The notes under the pieces were generated by a model, which saw only the letters and a list, made by a program, of their open reading frames with translations, made no database searches and was not told the origin of the DNA. This document shows, in pieces, positions 1 through 13,290 of a stretch of DNA of 64,000 nucleotides (positions are counted from its first letter, which is position 1; every line of letters begins with the position of its first letter). Both the position numbers and the translations under genes were made by a program. Source of the DNA: Camelus dromedarius (Eukaryota); NCBI RefSeq assembly GCF_036321535.1, contig NC_087447.1, forward strand, positions 45,510,001 to 45,574,000, read 5' to 3'.

Positions 1-192
1 TATAAAAATTTTAGAAGAAAACATACAAGAAAATCTTGTGATCTTGGGTTTGACAATGAGTTTGTAGGTATGACAAAAACAGTACAATCCTTAAAAAACT
101 GGCCTCTATCAAAATTTTTTTAAAACTGTATTTCATAGAGTTAAATAAATATCTACCATATGATCTAGCCATTTCATTCCTAGTTATTACTC
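1..192 (+). mobile_element. Old LINE-1 ORF2 3' fragments
   Basis: tagaagaaaacata...aatctt and ctaccatatgatctagccatttcattcctag resemble the L1 ORF2 end. Confidence 0.65.
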
Positions 193-928
193 AGGGTCAA
201 ATATTGGGTTAGTGCTTTACTGTTTAAAGTGTAAGCCTTTTTATATCTTGTAGAAAGATAAAAGAGATAAAAATATTGTGAGGGTCAGAAAAGATAGAAA
301 TCTTGTACAGGATAAAGTGATACATGAAAATAGAGAACAGAAATAAAGTACAACAATAAAATAGGTAAACAACTTACAGAGTGGCTAAAAAGTGTGGAAT
401 GTGACAAAAGCATTCTGATTTCACTTAGTTAGGTTCCTCTTGGCTAATTTTGCTTTATGTGAAGTTAGGTTACTTTAGCCAGCCCATTTCCTTTGGGATC
501 TTATGATACTTTGGTGATAGTAAAAGAAGCACTGTGGTACCCAAGAGAAAAATTACCCATGCATTTCACACTTTCCTGATGATACTGCCAGCCATGGCAG
601 CAGTACACACCTGTGGGCATATATTATCTTCCTTTACAAATAAACAGATCTCAGAAGTCTCCCAGCAAATCCCATGACCCTGTTAACATTATTGTTTCTG
701 CATAAAACCCTCTAGTTTGCTGGTATTCTCAGTCACTAGCACTGGGAAATCCATGTTCAGACAACTGATTCTTGCCCTAAGGAATAAACAATCAAATGTT
801 CATAACATTTAAGGAAACTGTATTATATTTTATTTTCTTCTCAAAAGCAGACAATTACTAGAAATTAGAGGATCATAAACTGATCTAACTTTTAATACCT
901 CTCTAGGAAGATTTTTAAGCCTCTATTA

Positions 929-1873
929 ATGTCTGCTATCTCTACCTTGAACTTCAGTAGTTCCAGATTTATTCTCACTGGTTTTCCTGGCCTAGAAGTT
1001 CATTATCTTTGGCTCTCCATCCCTTTCTCCTCCATCTATGCTATGGTTTTCCTGGGGAACTGCATGGTGCTCCATGTGATCCGGACTGAGTCGAGCCTCC
1101 ACCAGCCCATGTTCTACTTCCTAGCCATGCTGGCCCTTACTGACCTGTGTGTGGGGCTGTCCACCATGCACACAGTGCTGGGAATTCTGTGGGGGCTCAT
1201 TCAAGAGATCACTCTGGATTCCTGCATTGCCCAGTCCTATTTCATCCATGGTCTGTCCTTCATGGAGTCCTCTGTTCTCCTCACTATGGCTTTTGACCGC
1301 TACATTGCCATTTGCAACCCTCTACGCTACAACTCCATCTTAACTAATGACAAAATTATCAAAGTTGGGTTGGCAATCTTATGTAGGAGTTCTTTACTCA
1401 TACCTCCAGTCATTATCCGCCTGAAGTTCTTAAATTATTGTCGTCCCCACATCCTTTCTCACTCTTTCTGCCTGCACCAAGACTTAATACGAATGGCCTG
1501 TTCAGATATTCGCTTCAACAGCATCTATGGTCTGGCCCTGGTGATCAGTAACCTGTTGTTGGATGCAGTGCTCATAATTATCTCCTATATCATGATCTTA
1601 CATGCAGTCTTAGCTATTGCATCACGAGAGGAGAGAATCAAATCTTTGCAGACCTGTGTATCTCACATCTGTGCTGTTTTGGTATTCTACATCCCAATCA
1701 TTGGTCTGACCATGGTTCATCGTTTTGGGAGACACCTCTCACCTTTGGTTCATGTCCTTATGGGCAACATCTACATCCTTTTCCCACCCTTGATGAACCC
1801 CATTATTTACAGTATCAAGACCCAGCAAATACGAAGGAGGGTCCAGAGATTGTTTCACTTGAAAGGAATGTAA
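929..1873 (+). CDS. OR51V1: Intact class I olfactory receptor, OR51V1-like (314 aa)
   Basis: 7TM OR motifs LHQPMFYFL, MAFDRYIAICNPLRY, LSHSFCLHQD, TCVSHICAV, HRFG, PPLMNPIIYSIKT; N-terminal NFS sequon. Closely resembles human OR51V1 as I recall it (SIPFSSIYAMV.LGNCMVLHVI, SCIAQSYFIHGLSFMES); orthologue versus paralogue not established. Splice acceptor ctaac...ctctAG at 885-906. Confidence 0.92.
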   Translation: MSAISTLNFSSSRFILTGFPGLEVHYLWLSIPFSSIYAMVFLGNCMVLHVIRTESSLHQPMFYFLAMLALTDLCVGLSTMHTVLGILWGLIQEITLDSCIAQSYFIHGLSFMESSVLLTMAFDRYIAICNPLRYNSILTNDKIIKVGLAILCRSSLLIPPVIIRLKFLNYCRPHILSHSFCLHQDLIRMACSDIRFNSIYGLALVISNLLLDAVLIIISYIMILHAVLAIASREERIKSLQTCVSHICAVLVFYIPIIGLTMVHRFGRHLSPLVHVLMGNIYILFPPLMNPIIYSIKTQQIRRRVQRLFHLKGM

Positions 1874-2655
1874 GTCTTGACATCAAATGTGGATGTATTT
1901 AAAAGTCAACAACTGGAGCTCAAAAGGGTAAGAGTCAGTAAATAATTAAAATATATTTAATGACTTTAATTTGTATGATGCTTTTCATGTTACAAATATC
2001 TTTCTCTGTATTTTTTCTGTAATTATCATGTCAGTGAAATTGAGATGGGTTATGCTGTGTTTAATTCTGTAAATCAGAAAATACACATATAATAGGCTCA
2101 GAATCATAATGATGTATGAGGCAGATTAGCTATTAAAATTCACCTTACAATGGCCAGTTGAGGGAAGATAATTTGGAATTCATTCAATATGAAAAACGTA
2201 AGTTTTGCTGATTAAAGTCCTTAAAATAATTACCAAAAGATCAACAATTATTTCAGTTGATTTTCACTACTCTAGGCAACATTCTTGTTTATAGTTTAGC
2301 CATTGTCCCTGCTATGCAGTTTAGCCACATGGTCATGTAATTGAGTAAACATCATAGAGAGTTTAGGCTATTTGGCTAATTTAAAAATTAGTCAAATAAA
2401 CAAACAATAGAAAACTAATCTTAATGCTGGGTTATCCAAACAATCAGCCAAACAATCTTACTCCACTCTCATCCTATGAAGTGTAATTGAACTGGAAGCA
2501 CAATCAGTAATTGCCAGAGTAGGAAAAAAATAGACTTTTGTGATTAGTTTTTTTATCCAAATAATAATACAAATAGCCATTCCACTTGAAAACTATTTGA
2601 AAGTGTTTCCTATGAGTCCATAGCTTATTTAAATCCTCTATCTATGTTATTAAAG

Positions 2656-2679
2656 GAGAGAGAGAGAGAGAGAGAGAGA
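2656..2679. repeat. (GA)n microsatellite
   Basis: About 12 GA units. Confidence 0.95.
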
Positions 2680-2689
2680 ATGCATAGAG

Positions 2690-2830
2690 TGTTACTATGT
2701 TCAAGTAATGTAAATATGGTTCTAATTTATCTCCCCATCAAGACTGTGGTGAATACCATTTTCTATTACACACGTGGATAGTTCAAAACACGCAAAGGTT
2801 AAACGATATGTCAAATTTTTAGGAGGTGGT
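2690..2830 (-). mobile_element. MIR SINE fragment
   Basis: Degenerate reverse-strand MIR core. Confidence 0.4.
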
Positions 2831-3099
2831 AGGGGATCAGATTTGGATATATTCTCTGTTTTATTTTCAAATTACGTGAAAACTCTTTCTTATCTTCCCT
2901 CTGTAAGTTTTAATATAAAATTGGTTAAATGGTTCTGCAACCGTCACAAAAATTTATAAAATAAATAAAAGCGAAAAAATAATAAAGTAAATTATGGATG
3001 GTAATATGCACTCATTTGGACTCTGCTGGTATGTGTAAAATTACTTAAAATATTGTTATAATGATTCTTAAATAGTCTACTATATATATTTAAGGCAAG

Positions 3100-3490
3100 T
3101 TTTTTTGAAATGTAATTTCAAATGGTAATTTCACTCTGTTTAGATGTACATGAACAGTCTGATGAGCTCTGAAAAAAGTTTACTGTCATGTGATCACCAC
3201 CATAATCAATCAAGATACAGAATATTTCCATCACCCTACAAGTACCCCATTTTGCTTTTAAGAGAAGGTCATGTAAATTCAGTCATAAATAATGTAATCT
3301 TTTATGTCTGGATTCTTTCACTTGCAAAAATAGTTTTGAGATTGATTCCTGTTGTTGCCTGTATCCACAGCTTATTTTTATGGTTGAATCCTACTCCATT
3401 GTATCACATACAGCAAACAGTTTATTTATTCATTAATTGATGGACATTTTAGCATCTTATAGTTTTGATTTTGAATAAAGCAGTTATAAA
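3100..3490 (-). mobile_element. Old L1M 3' end
   Basis: accaccataatcaatcaagatacagaatatttccatcaccc and tctggattctttcactt...gatggacattt are typical antisense L1M 3' motifs. Confidence 0.75.
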
Positions 3491-3859
3491 ACATATATAC
3501 CATATGATTATAAAACTATTTCTCTAGTATTGGTATAGTTTATTTTTAATGCTCATATATTTCCTATTAATAATATAATAAACATCATATATATATCCAC
3601 TATATATAGTATGTGTCTATGTATATGTGTTTGTGTGTGTGTGTGTATATATATATATTCTGACTGATTTCAAATAATTCTTTCCTTATAGTAATACATC
3701 CCAATTTTAGCAACTTCTACTTATTAAAAAATAATGCTAATGCATTTTTGGCATAAGTTAAGCTTTCTTCTCACTATACCACATTTAAATCAATTCCCAC
3801 CCCAACATGACTCTGCAAATGTGCAAACTAAATTTTATTACTATATTTATAAATTATTA

Positions 3860-4030
3860 CTAACATTTATTATGTTCTGGATATTATTATAAGTGCTTCT
3901 TATATATTTCCTCAATTTAAAGAAAATGGGTACATATATAAAGCAACTTTCCTAAGAATTTGTAGTTAGAAACAGTGCAGCAGAGATTTGATTACTGGAA
4001 GTCAGACTCCAGAGACTGTCCTCTTAGTTG
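3860..4030 (-). mobile_element. MIR SINE
   Basis: gcagagatttgattactggaagtcagactccagag resembles the reversed MIR head. Confidence 0.55.
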
Positions 4031-5269
4031 CAAGCTTATACTGTGCCCTAATGCCTGAAACTAGTACTTCCTGATTAATTACATGAAAATGATTGCACTC
4101 ACTAAAATTATTTAAAGTGCTATGCTTTGCCATTCTTAAGTTTTACTACGAGCCTATGTATTCTCCACTATTTTGTCTTGTAATCTCCAACGGCAATTAC
4201 ATTTCCCTGACTCCTCTATTAATAGTCCTTTTATGAAATACATTTCTTTAGTTTCCCCCTGATATGTCAGATGTACATTCTAAAGTTCATTTTAAGTAAT
4301 ATGATATCTATATATCTAGGATACTTTTTATAGACTGCTGTATTAAGATGCCTAAGCAAGGAATCAGTAGATTCCTACGAGAACCCTTACATAGTTCCAA
4401 GACACTAACTCGTCTTCTCTTTGTAGAGAACTCTATTTTTTCTGAATTCCTGCTGAATTTTCTAGGGCTGGTTCTTTCCTCTTGGAATGGTAAATCTTTG
4501 CACTTGCTGGATCCACTTGGACAATATTCTCCTTCTGAGACCTCACTGATTCTGTTACTCAGTCATTAGTTCTCACAACCCTCCCTGTGTCTATGTCTAC
4601 ACGGCCATTTTACCCCTTACCATTCCAATCCTATTGTTTTTAAAAACATGCAGTTGGATCATGGACTAGCCTTCTTTAGAATCATTGCCTCTGTAACTAG
4701 TAGCCTGTTTCTTTAACCTGGTTCTACAATTCTAATTAAATTACTCCCCTTTTTATTTTTATTATCTTACCAGTGGATGATCTTACTTCCAGATTTTTTT
4801 AGCTTCTCTGTAAACCTGGAGGATCCCTGAAGAATACTCTTTGGATTTTATCAATTTAAAGAAAACATCTAGAGGGTTCACACTGTGCCAAATAGGCATG
4901 GTGTTTGACAGTGATCCATGCTTTATCCATTTCGTTTAATCTTCAAGAATACTGATGTTTATGAGATTCTGGATCTGAGTTTAAGAAGAAAGGATATTGG
5001 GGATTCTGAACCTGCTAACGCATGCTCCTAAGGAGGGTATTTCCTGTGACTTTTTCTCCTGCCTTGTACACCAACACTGCAGCACCCACCCAGAGCTATA
5101 ACCGAAGCTTATCCAAGGCTCCAGAAGGTCTGTGCTTGTGAACTGTTATTTGCTATCAATGTCTGTGGCTAACAATACAGCTGTAATTTAAATCTGTGAA
5201 CTAATATGTGACAGGGTGATAAGAGCTTGTGAGGTACTTAGCTCCACAGGAAGACATGTCCAGGAACTT

Positions 5270-5480
5270 AAAAATGAATTATGTCCTGTGTTAATTACTT
5301 TATACAATTTGGTGCTCACAAAATACCATTTACTTATAATAACCACCCAACAAAATGGCTACTAGTATGCTCTCCATTTCACACATGAGGAAACTATGGA
5401 GTAGGTTGAATAACTTGTCCAGGGTCACAGCTAGTATCTAACTAAGTGGAGAGATTCAAACTTAGATTGTCTTGCTGTAA
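5270..5480 (-). mobile_element. MIR SINE
   Basis: catttcacacatgaggaaact...taacttgtccagggtcacagctagt MIR core. Confidence 0.7.
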
Positions 5481-6730
5481 AATACCTTTAATACCACTTC
5501 ATTTCTCACTTTTGACCAACCCCTTCTTTAAACTTTCTTCTCATTTGGTTTCCTTGGTCCCATTATATTCCTGTCTTCCTACTACATTCTCAGTTTTGTT
5601 TTTTTTTTTTTTCCAGTGCTGTTCTTACTACTATTTGCACTGTTGATGTTATTATCATCATTATTATTATTCAGTGCCACTTCCTGTGTTGAGAGTAAGG
5701 TGTCAAAAATATTAGAACTTCACTAGCACCTAGTGAAAAATATTAGGTCTTCACTAGTGTCTAGTCCAATTGCAAGGAATTAGTGAGGATGAAGTCTGAC
5801 CACAGATTGCAAGATGCTGGATGTGTAACAGCTGAAAACAGCAGTAATAAGCAACTTTTGAGAAGACTGGGGCTGAAGGAAAAGAAAACAGTAATAAACA
5901 GGATCAAAAGGTACTGGGAAATCTGCTTTTGAACAAAAAAGATAAACATGTCTGTTAAGGTCAGAGAGTCTGGTAGTGAAGAAGAATTTGAAGGAAGAAA
6001 GTGAACAACTTGTGGATTAAGTTCCCATCATGACAAAATACAAATCATTCAGGTTATTTTGTGGGTGTTCTGCTGCTTCTTCTGAGGCAAAAAGGAGTCA
6101 GAAAAATGATAAGGAGCATATGGGAGATTTTCAAAAGACTCACATTTGATCCAGATCTTTATAATAAAATAAAAGGCAATGTTTATTAGAGTTAGTGCCA
6201 AAACTTATGTGAAAAAAAAAAAAAAGGAGAGAGAGAGAGATACAAAAGAGATACAATTGAGGAAAAGGTGTATAGAACAGAAATGAATGAATAAACAATT
6301 GTCCAACAGCGGTGAAGGCTACTGAATGGAGGCGAGAGAAAGATTTTTAGTAGAGCTGACGGCATCCTGGCAGAAGAGGCTACACATGACCAGAGTCAAC
6401 TGATTTTTCTTCACCAGGTATTCAATTTTCCAGAATCAAGAAAAATTAAACAGAAAGAGAGAAGGGGCCTAATCACAGGAGAGCATTGTTTGTCTAGCAC
6501 TTGAAGGAAATGATGAGTAGATGGACAAGTGGTTCTTAAAGATCAATAAGATGCCAAGGAACCAAAAGAGAAAGAGCAGGTTTGTTCAGGGTGTGATGTT
6601 TTGCCCTCTTCATCTGACACTAATCAGGTAAGAGATTCTGTCCTGGGTCCTTCCAACCTCTTTCCTCTCTGACTGCGGGTCTGCAGTTGAGCTTCCTCAT
6701 TCATATCTTTTTCTCTTGTGCCCACTCTAT

Positions 6731-6784
6731 TCACTTTCCTTTCAGAAGTAATGAGGATCACTTTCCTTTCAGAAGTAATGAGGA
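6731..6784. repeat. Perfect 27-bp tandem duplication
   Basis: tcactttcctttcagaagtaatgagga x2. Confidence 0.95.
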
Positions 6785-7687
6785 TACCACGTTTTAAATG
6801 AACACGTACTAATATATTAAAATAAAATCTGTAAAGGTATTATTGTTCACAATATCCATATATCATAATATCCATTGTTCACAATATCCAGGCCTCAGGA
6901 ACTTAAAAAAAAAACTTTATTTACTTTATTTATATATTTAACAGTTCTGAAGTATTTACTTCTTGCTTTTGAGAAAAAATGAAAAATATAGGAGCACTGA
7001 CTAACTCCTCTTTAGAAGAAAAGTGTTACATGTACAGCTATGGAGAGTAACTGTTCCTCCTTTACCTACAAAGAAAAATATTAATTTAAAAAGTGCTTCA
7101 TTGATTAAAAAAGGTCTAAGAGCTGCAAGCATTTATTAAAACTGTACATCAGACCCAAGAAACCAGTTTAGATATCAACTTGAAAACCATTCATAGGATA
7201 AGCAGAGATGGCATGGTCCTCTCAGTCTGCAGTCTGGGCTTCCTTCCTCACCTTCAGTCATTCAGTTCTATTCTAAAAGTCATGCAGAACCCCAGTATTT
7301 TCTATTATAATTTACATCATTTCCCTTTCTCCCTAATACCCACTCTTACATCACTCAAAGCAACGTCCCATTGCAGCTGTGGGATCAGACTCACAAACTA
7401 CGGCAGAAGGAGAAGCTATAAAGAGCAAGCCAACTGATTTGAGAAACTTCAGAATGTCATCAGACAAGTGCAGTCCAACAGGGCTCATCACTCACCAAGA
7501 AGGGAGTTTCACTAAATGCTCTCCTTCAAATTTATTTTCCTCCTTCTTCCCAACCTTGAGTATTTTTCTTTCTTATACCCTTAGCTTGCGATTTATGTCA
7601 TATTTTCTCATTTCCATTTTCTTTATTACCCTAATTCTACCCTGTTCCAAACAGACAGATAAACATTACCCCCCACTCAAAAAAGGA

Positions 7688-7727
7688 AAAGCAAAGCAAA
7701 GCAAAGCAAAGCAAAGCAAAGCAAAGC
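7688..7727. repeat. (AAAGC)8 microsatellite
   Basis: Eight perfect pentamer units. Confidence 0.95.
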
Positions 7728-10159
7728 TCAGAGCCTCCTGAGATTCCAGTACTTACCATCTTGTGAAACTGGCTTCCACACCCATGGCACCTAACTTTGT
7801 GTCTCAACATCTTTTCTGTTTTGGATGACATGAGGTAAACCCCTTCTGCACTAAATTGTTCAAAGAGATTTTTAACCGGCAAGCTGACAGTGAATAAAGA
7901 AAACCACACAAAAACCTATGAGATATAACCTAAACCGCCCCCCCCCAAAAACAAATCAGGGATCTCTCTTCACTTACAGAAAATCTTATCTATGAGTAAC
8001 TGCAGTCAAGGCAATGAAATCCCAGTCCTATTTCTTCTGCTGACCTCCCACTTTGAAATTATCCCAACTTTCACATTCTGAAATAACTCTTCCTCAGAGA
8101 GATTGGCTATTTCAAGAGTCATAAACCACCATTCAGTGGACCCTTTATTATCTCAAAAGATCATGATTTGGCCAGGTAGCCAGACATTCCCATTGATAAC
8201 AAATGTTATTTCACAGGCAGGGGACATGCCTCCACCCACCAGCTGTGGATCTGTTTATGCCATGGCCCCGGCCAGGTGCTGTAATATGGGCATAGGTGGC
8301 AGGGAGAAAAATCATAGGTCCTTTCCTCCAGACCAGGAGTGTGCCTGATCTGATATCTGAGACACATGGGTCACCTTCAGAACCCAGCAGTCACTTACCG
8401 TCCAATATGGAATACCAGGTGCTTATTACCGTCTTTATTTCACAATTGTTAACTCACAGACATTGCACATGATAGGCAGTCTGTCCCTGATCTAGGTCCC
8501 AATGCTGGCTCAGAGACTGGTTCTACAGTGTTTCACTTTACCAGGAGAACTAAAACTCAAGAGAACTGGGGAATCCAGAAAATTATCTGTGGTCCTCTGA
8601 GCCCCTGATCCTTTTATTAAGGCTAGGAAAGACCCACTGAATGGATAAATAGGCTTATGGGAAGAGTGTACTTCTTAGACAATCCTGGGGAATTAACAAG
8701 AGCCCTATCACTGGCAGCAACCCATACTGAGACTGCTCTGACAGACGCAAACAAATCATAGAAATATGGGGTATTGTTGAGGTTCCACTTATTAAATGTA
8801 TGGATTTTTGTGAAAGTTAGAGGGTCTGTCTTTTAGTGTTGAGGGAACACACTCCTTAGGAATTTACTATCTCCTGAAAAATAGTACAAAATCCATGTGG
8901 GGGAAAAATAGAGCAATTTATCATCAAATATTTCTAAGAACATTTTTCTTATTAAATCTGAGTCAAAAATAAGTATATATAATACAACCCTCAGCCCCTG
9001 CTGTCTAGTATAGGAAAGGAGCTATGCACTATGTATAATGGGAGGAAATCAGCCTTTAGGATCAACCATCATTGCCATAGAACTTCTCAAGTTTAAAACA
9101 CATTTCTGATGTATCAGTTCTTTTAAAACCACAGTGATTCCTGATACGATTATTTTCCCAATGACTAGATGAGGACATTGACATCTTGAAAGTTCACCTG
9201 TGCGTATAGTAAGAAATCAAGCTGAAAATTAAGTGAAGGTTTGCCTTTGTCAAATCTCATGCTCTTCTTAGACAACACTCTGTTATCAATTAAAAAAAAA
9301 AAGAGTGATCAATCAAAAGAACTGCTTCTCCAATAGAATCAAAATAATTTGTTTAAAGCCAGGAAGTATTCAGGTGCAATTTATTATTTTTTATATGTGA
9401 AATACTACACAGAGTATAGGAGTGTATGGATTATATTTACACTATATGACAAAGATTCAACACCCCTTTACACATCCACCTCACCCAGAACTGTAAGATT
9501 AAGAAGAAGGACCCCAATTTGAAAGAAGTGGGATAAATAAGTGTGAAAATAGATCTATCTATATATCTCTATATAAATATCACTGCCTAGGTATACTCAG
9601 AGATTGTCTCTGCCCTATGCCATAACTCAACCCCTGGTTCTTTCTGATGTCCACATGTGGTTTGTCTTCAGGAATCCAATATATTCCAGCAGCATAATGG
9701 ATGATGTGGGGTCATGACTAATGATGCAGCCAACAGTAACTAGTGGTTTTATGGAACTGAAAGGGCAGCAGGATCTATTGTTCATAAATATAAAGCAATT
9801 CTTAAAGAGCCAAGATATTAAAAGTTGTAATTGTGTCACTACCTTTCCCTTCTCTTATGGTAGAAGATATGAAATTAGCAAGGAAGAGGACATGTGATAG
9901 TAAAGAACACAAAGAGATAGTTCTTGGACCTGAAAATAAAGAGGTAGAGCTTCAACACTGTGAAAAATCTTCTCATGCATTGATATAGACAATAAACAAT
10001 ATATAAGTTCTTTTTCTCTACTCATTATTCTAAATCTTCATTGATAATTAACTATGCCTCATGTGGACCCATGGATTTTGTATTGCATTTTTAGAATCAA
10101 ATTGTTTACACTAACAAGACCCTACACCAATTAAATATACTTTCCCATAACTTTCACAT

Positions 10160-11197
10160 CTCAGGAGTGGCCCTGATGGAAACCACTGTTATGGGATTTA
10201 TACTAGCCTCCAGTGAGAGAGCCAGGAATTCCCTGGAGAGTAAAATTCTTCCGTATAGTAAAGCCAGATACAAGTGTAACGTTGGCTGGTGTCCTGCTGC
10301 CATTCAACACTGTCAGAAATGAGATATTGGTGTTGAGAAGCCAGATTAAAGTTTAATTACAGATAGAGAAAGAACTGAAATCTCCAATGAGTTACTTTCT
10401 TTGTAAACGAGTCCAAAGATCCCTTCATATGTGTACTGTAACCTTAGGATGAATGTATTTGGATAAAGCACAGAATGGAGCAGAGCAACTTCCTTAGCAC
10501 AGTGGAGGTCCTTAAAGAAGATTTCCATCAAATTTCAAAAGCTCAAGCAGGCTTTTCAGTGAAAGTCTAGGTATGTTGAACTTCTAAATAGGTAGGTAAA
10601 ATACTAAGGAAAGATAATTGAAGAATATTGGTGTATGTTTTCTTTCTTCTAAATTGTTTGTTTCCTTCTGTAGTAAAGTCTTGTGGATTAATTTCCAAGG
10701 GAAGAGTATGATGCATGTCACTTAGAGTAAAAGCAGTTCTAGCATAGGGATCCAGTGGATGTCGTATAGGAAAATTCTTACCAGATACAAAGAGGAAAAA
10801 GTCCTTCTTGTGAACAATGATGGTGTTAATTTTAAAGGAGAATAAAAAGTAGAAGAAGATGAAGCCCAGAGTTCTCCTCTCCTCTGGTCTTCAGTCATGG
10901 ATTTCGTGGACATGTTAATAAATACCTGATATATTAAGGGAGGCACTGAATGCAAATGGTCCAGTTTCAGATTAGAAATTTGGAATAAAACTGGTTTACA
11001 GGCAGCTGTGAGCTAGCATGAAACAGTTGTCTTAAGAATATAAATGGTATGTGTCATGTTTAGGGGTATCTGAAACAGCAATTACTGAATTTCCCTTCAC
11101 TTTCATATGGCAACCATGTGAAACAGGGACCCTTAGGAACCTCACTGAAGGTAGTTTAAGAGAGCTGGGAGTGCTGCCCTGAACTTGCTAGGTGAGT
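10160..11197 (+). promoter_or_regulatory. Putative promoter / non-coding exon region of the 14.2-kb OR pseudogene
   Basis: O/E-like TCCCTGGAGA 10230-10239, TTCCAAGGGA near 10693, ACCCTTAGGA near 11129; strong donor TAG|GTGAGT at 11192. Confidence 0.4.
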
Positions 11198-11924
11198 GCC
11201 AAATTGAGAAGGACAACGATCTTAAAGCCAAGGTCTATTCACTGGATAGCCAACCTTCCTTGAAATCATTAGTGAGTTTCAGTAAAGCTACAAAGAACCA
11301 AGGTAAGGAGTGGGTCAATGACACCAGTGGGTTTTTTGGGGTTTGGTTTTTTTTTGCTGTTATTTTATTATTAAACTTGGACAAGATACACAAGCTACAG
11401 AAGATTCAGCAGTGGGTGTTATGATCTAAGGAAGTATTAAGCAGTAATAACAGTATTTCATGTTGATTTTTCCTTTTAGTGTAATTAAATTTTTAGAAGG
11501 AAAAGGTTTCAATATAGGGATTCAAATTTGAGTTGACTGAATTTATTCATGGCAAGATTGTTTAAGGTTAGCAAAGGCTTTCTTTAACTCAGAGGACATG
11601 ATTTAATCCTTAAACAGGAGATTATTTCATGGAAACCTCTACTTGCTATTACATACACATCAACAATGATCAAGTTGAGAACAGTACTATAAAATTTGAA
11701 AAAAAAAAAGGCTGCCTAATTATTGAGATTTAGTTGAACATTTTTAACACTGTTAACTATAAGAATTTAGCTTATTAAAAAGTTGGTATTATATCCTTAA
11801 ATGATTTGTTAAGTGGGTTAATCATCTGAAAAATCCTTAAATGAATAACGTAAGATTTTTCATCATGCCATAAGAAAAAATGAGAATTATATGCAGTTAT
11901 AATGACACAACCAACCTAAGAAGC

Positions 11925-12145
11925 TAGAATACAATGGCTCCAACAGCTGATTCTGAATCCACACTTCCTGGGTCAATATTCCTCCACCATCATTTATTAA
12001 TGTTACTTAACCTCTCTAGTCCTCAGATTCCTTCTCTGTAAAGTAGAAATAATAGTAGTACAAATTCTGTCAGGATTAACTGAGAAAAAATGCAAACTAT
12101 TACAGCAGTGCTTGACATACAGAAAGCATCAACTAATTTTTACTA
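11925..12145 (+). mobile_element. MIR SINE, near full length
   Basis: gttacttaacctctct...cctcagattccttctctgtaaa...aataatagta...cagtgcttgacatac. Confidence 0.75.
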
Positions 12146-12579
12146 CCAATATTAATAAAAGTTGTGAACATAAAGTTAGCTATAAAATCAGTATATTGTA
12201 TCAGAGTATACTTTTATAACTATTGGAACCCCTTTCACTTCATGATATAAACCCAGAAGCTCTAACTTAAAAAAGCATTGATTGTATTACTAAAGATATA
12301 TGAAGGCTCATGCTTAGCTCAAGGCAACATAGGAAAAAAAATGTCAATTTTAAGGAAGCAATTCTCAGAATAAACTGGAAACATATCTATCACACAATGG
12401 CTTGATTGTCAAGGCGTATAAAGTTATTCTTCAACTCAAAATCAACCTAATAAAAATGAGTAGTAAAATAAAACACTGTATTTAATATAAACAAAGTTAG
12501 CTCTTCCCTTCCTCTTTCTCTTTTGTTTCCCTTTCCTTCCCTTCCTTTTATTTTCTTTCACATCCTGAATGATTTTGTC

Positions 12580-13290
12580 CTAAAACCACTGATTGAAGCA
12601 CAGCTGTGTAGACATCTATGCTGGTGTGCGTGGGGTCAGGGAGTGGGTATGACCAATAGATCAAAACAGGGTGTTGGACCCTGAGAGTCATGAGGAGGGT
12701 GTCCTTGTGAGGAGTAGACCAGCACAGGATGTCAGAACAAGAGAGCATAGAGGATGTTCAGATGGGTATGGACGAGAGGGTGTTAGCCCGGCATGAAACT
12801 GGATTTGAAATATGGTCCTAATGAAGTAGAGGTCTAGTGATGAGAGACAGAGCCTGAGCAGAGTGGGGTGAGTGGACACTCGTGGGAGGTGTTCTGAAAT
12901 GAGGGGTGAAACTGTGTGAGCTGAGAAGGGTGTTCCCACAAAAGGAGATGGCAGCCTGACATAAAGTGTTGTAATCCAAGTAGGGTGAGGAGTCACCCAC
13001 ATGGCAGGAGTCACCCACATAGGGAACCTATGCAGGATGTCAGAACCCATCTGCACTGGGCAAAGGACCTTAGCAATGCTAGACTGGTTACATACAAAAA
13101 AATTATCATATGAAGAATGTGATTGAAGCTAAAGTGTATAAGATTTTTCACTGAAAAATAAGGGAGTCACAAATGTGAAAGGGGAGAAAATTTTTGATAC
13201 TGGATTCAAGGTTGTATTTGTGTGCATTCATGATTTTCAGTAAGTAGATAAATAGAGAAATTATTGTAGATGTAAATTTGGGGGGATAAC
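12580..13290. mobile_element. Probable ancient L1M 3'UTR-type fragment with short purine-rich internal repeats
   Basis: G-rich block with recurring gaggagggtgtc / aggagtcacccacat units; family assignment uncertain. Confidence 0.35.

Noticed and set aside
7379..7909. ORFs with AKQSK / ALLCF repeats
   Set aside because: Translation of the (AAAGC)8 microsatellite.
12548..13056. Minus-strand ORFs with a repeated MWVTP peptide
   Set aside because: Arise from a short direct repeat in probable TE-derived G-rich sequence.
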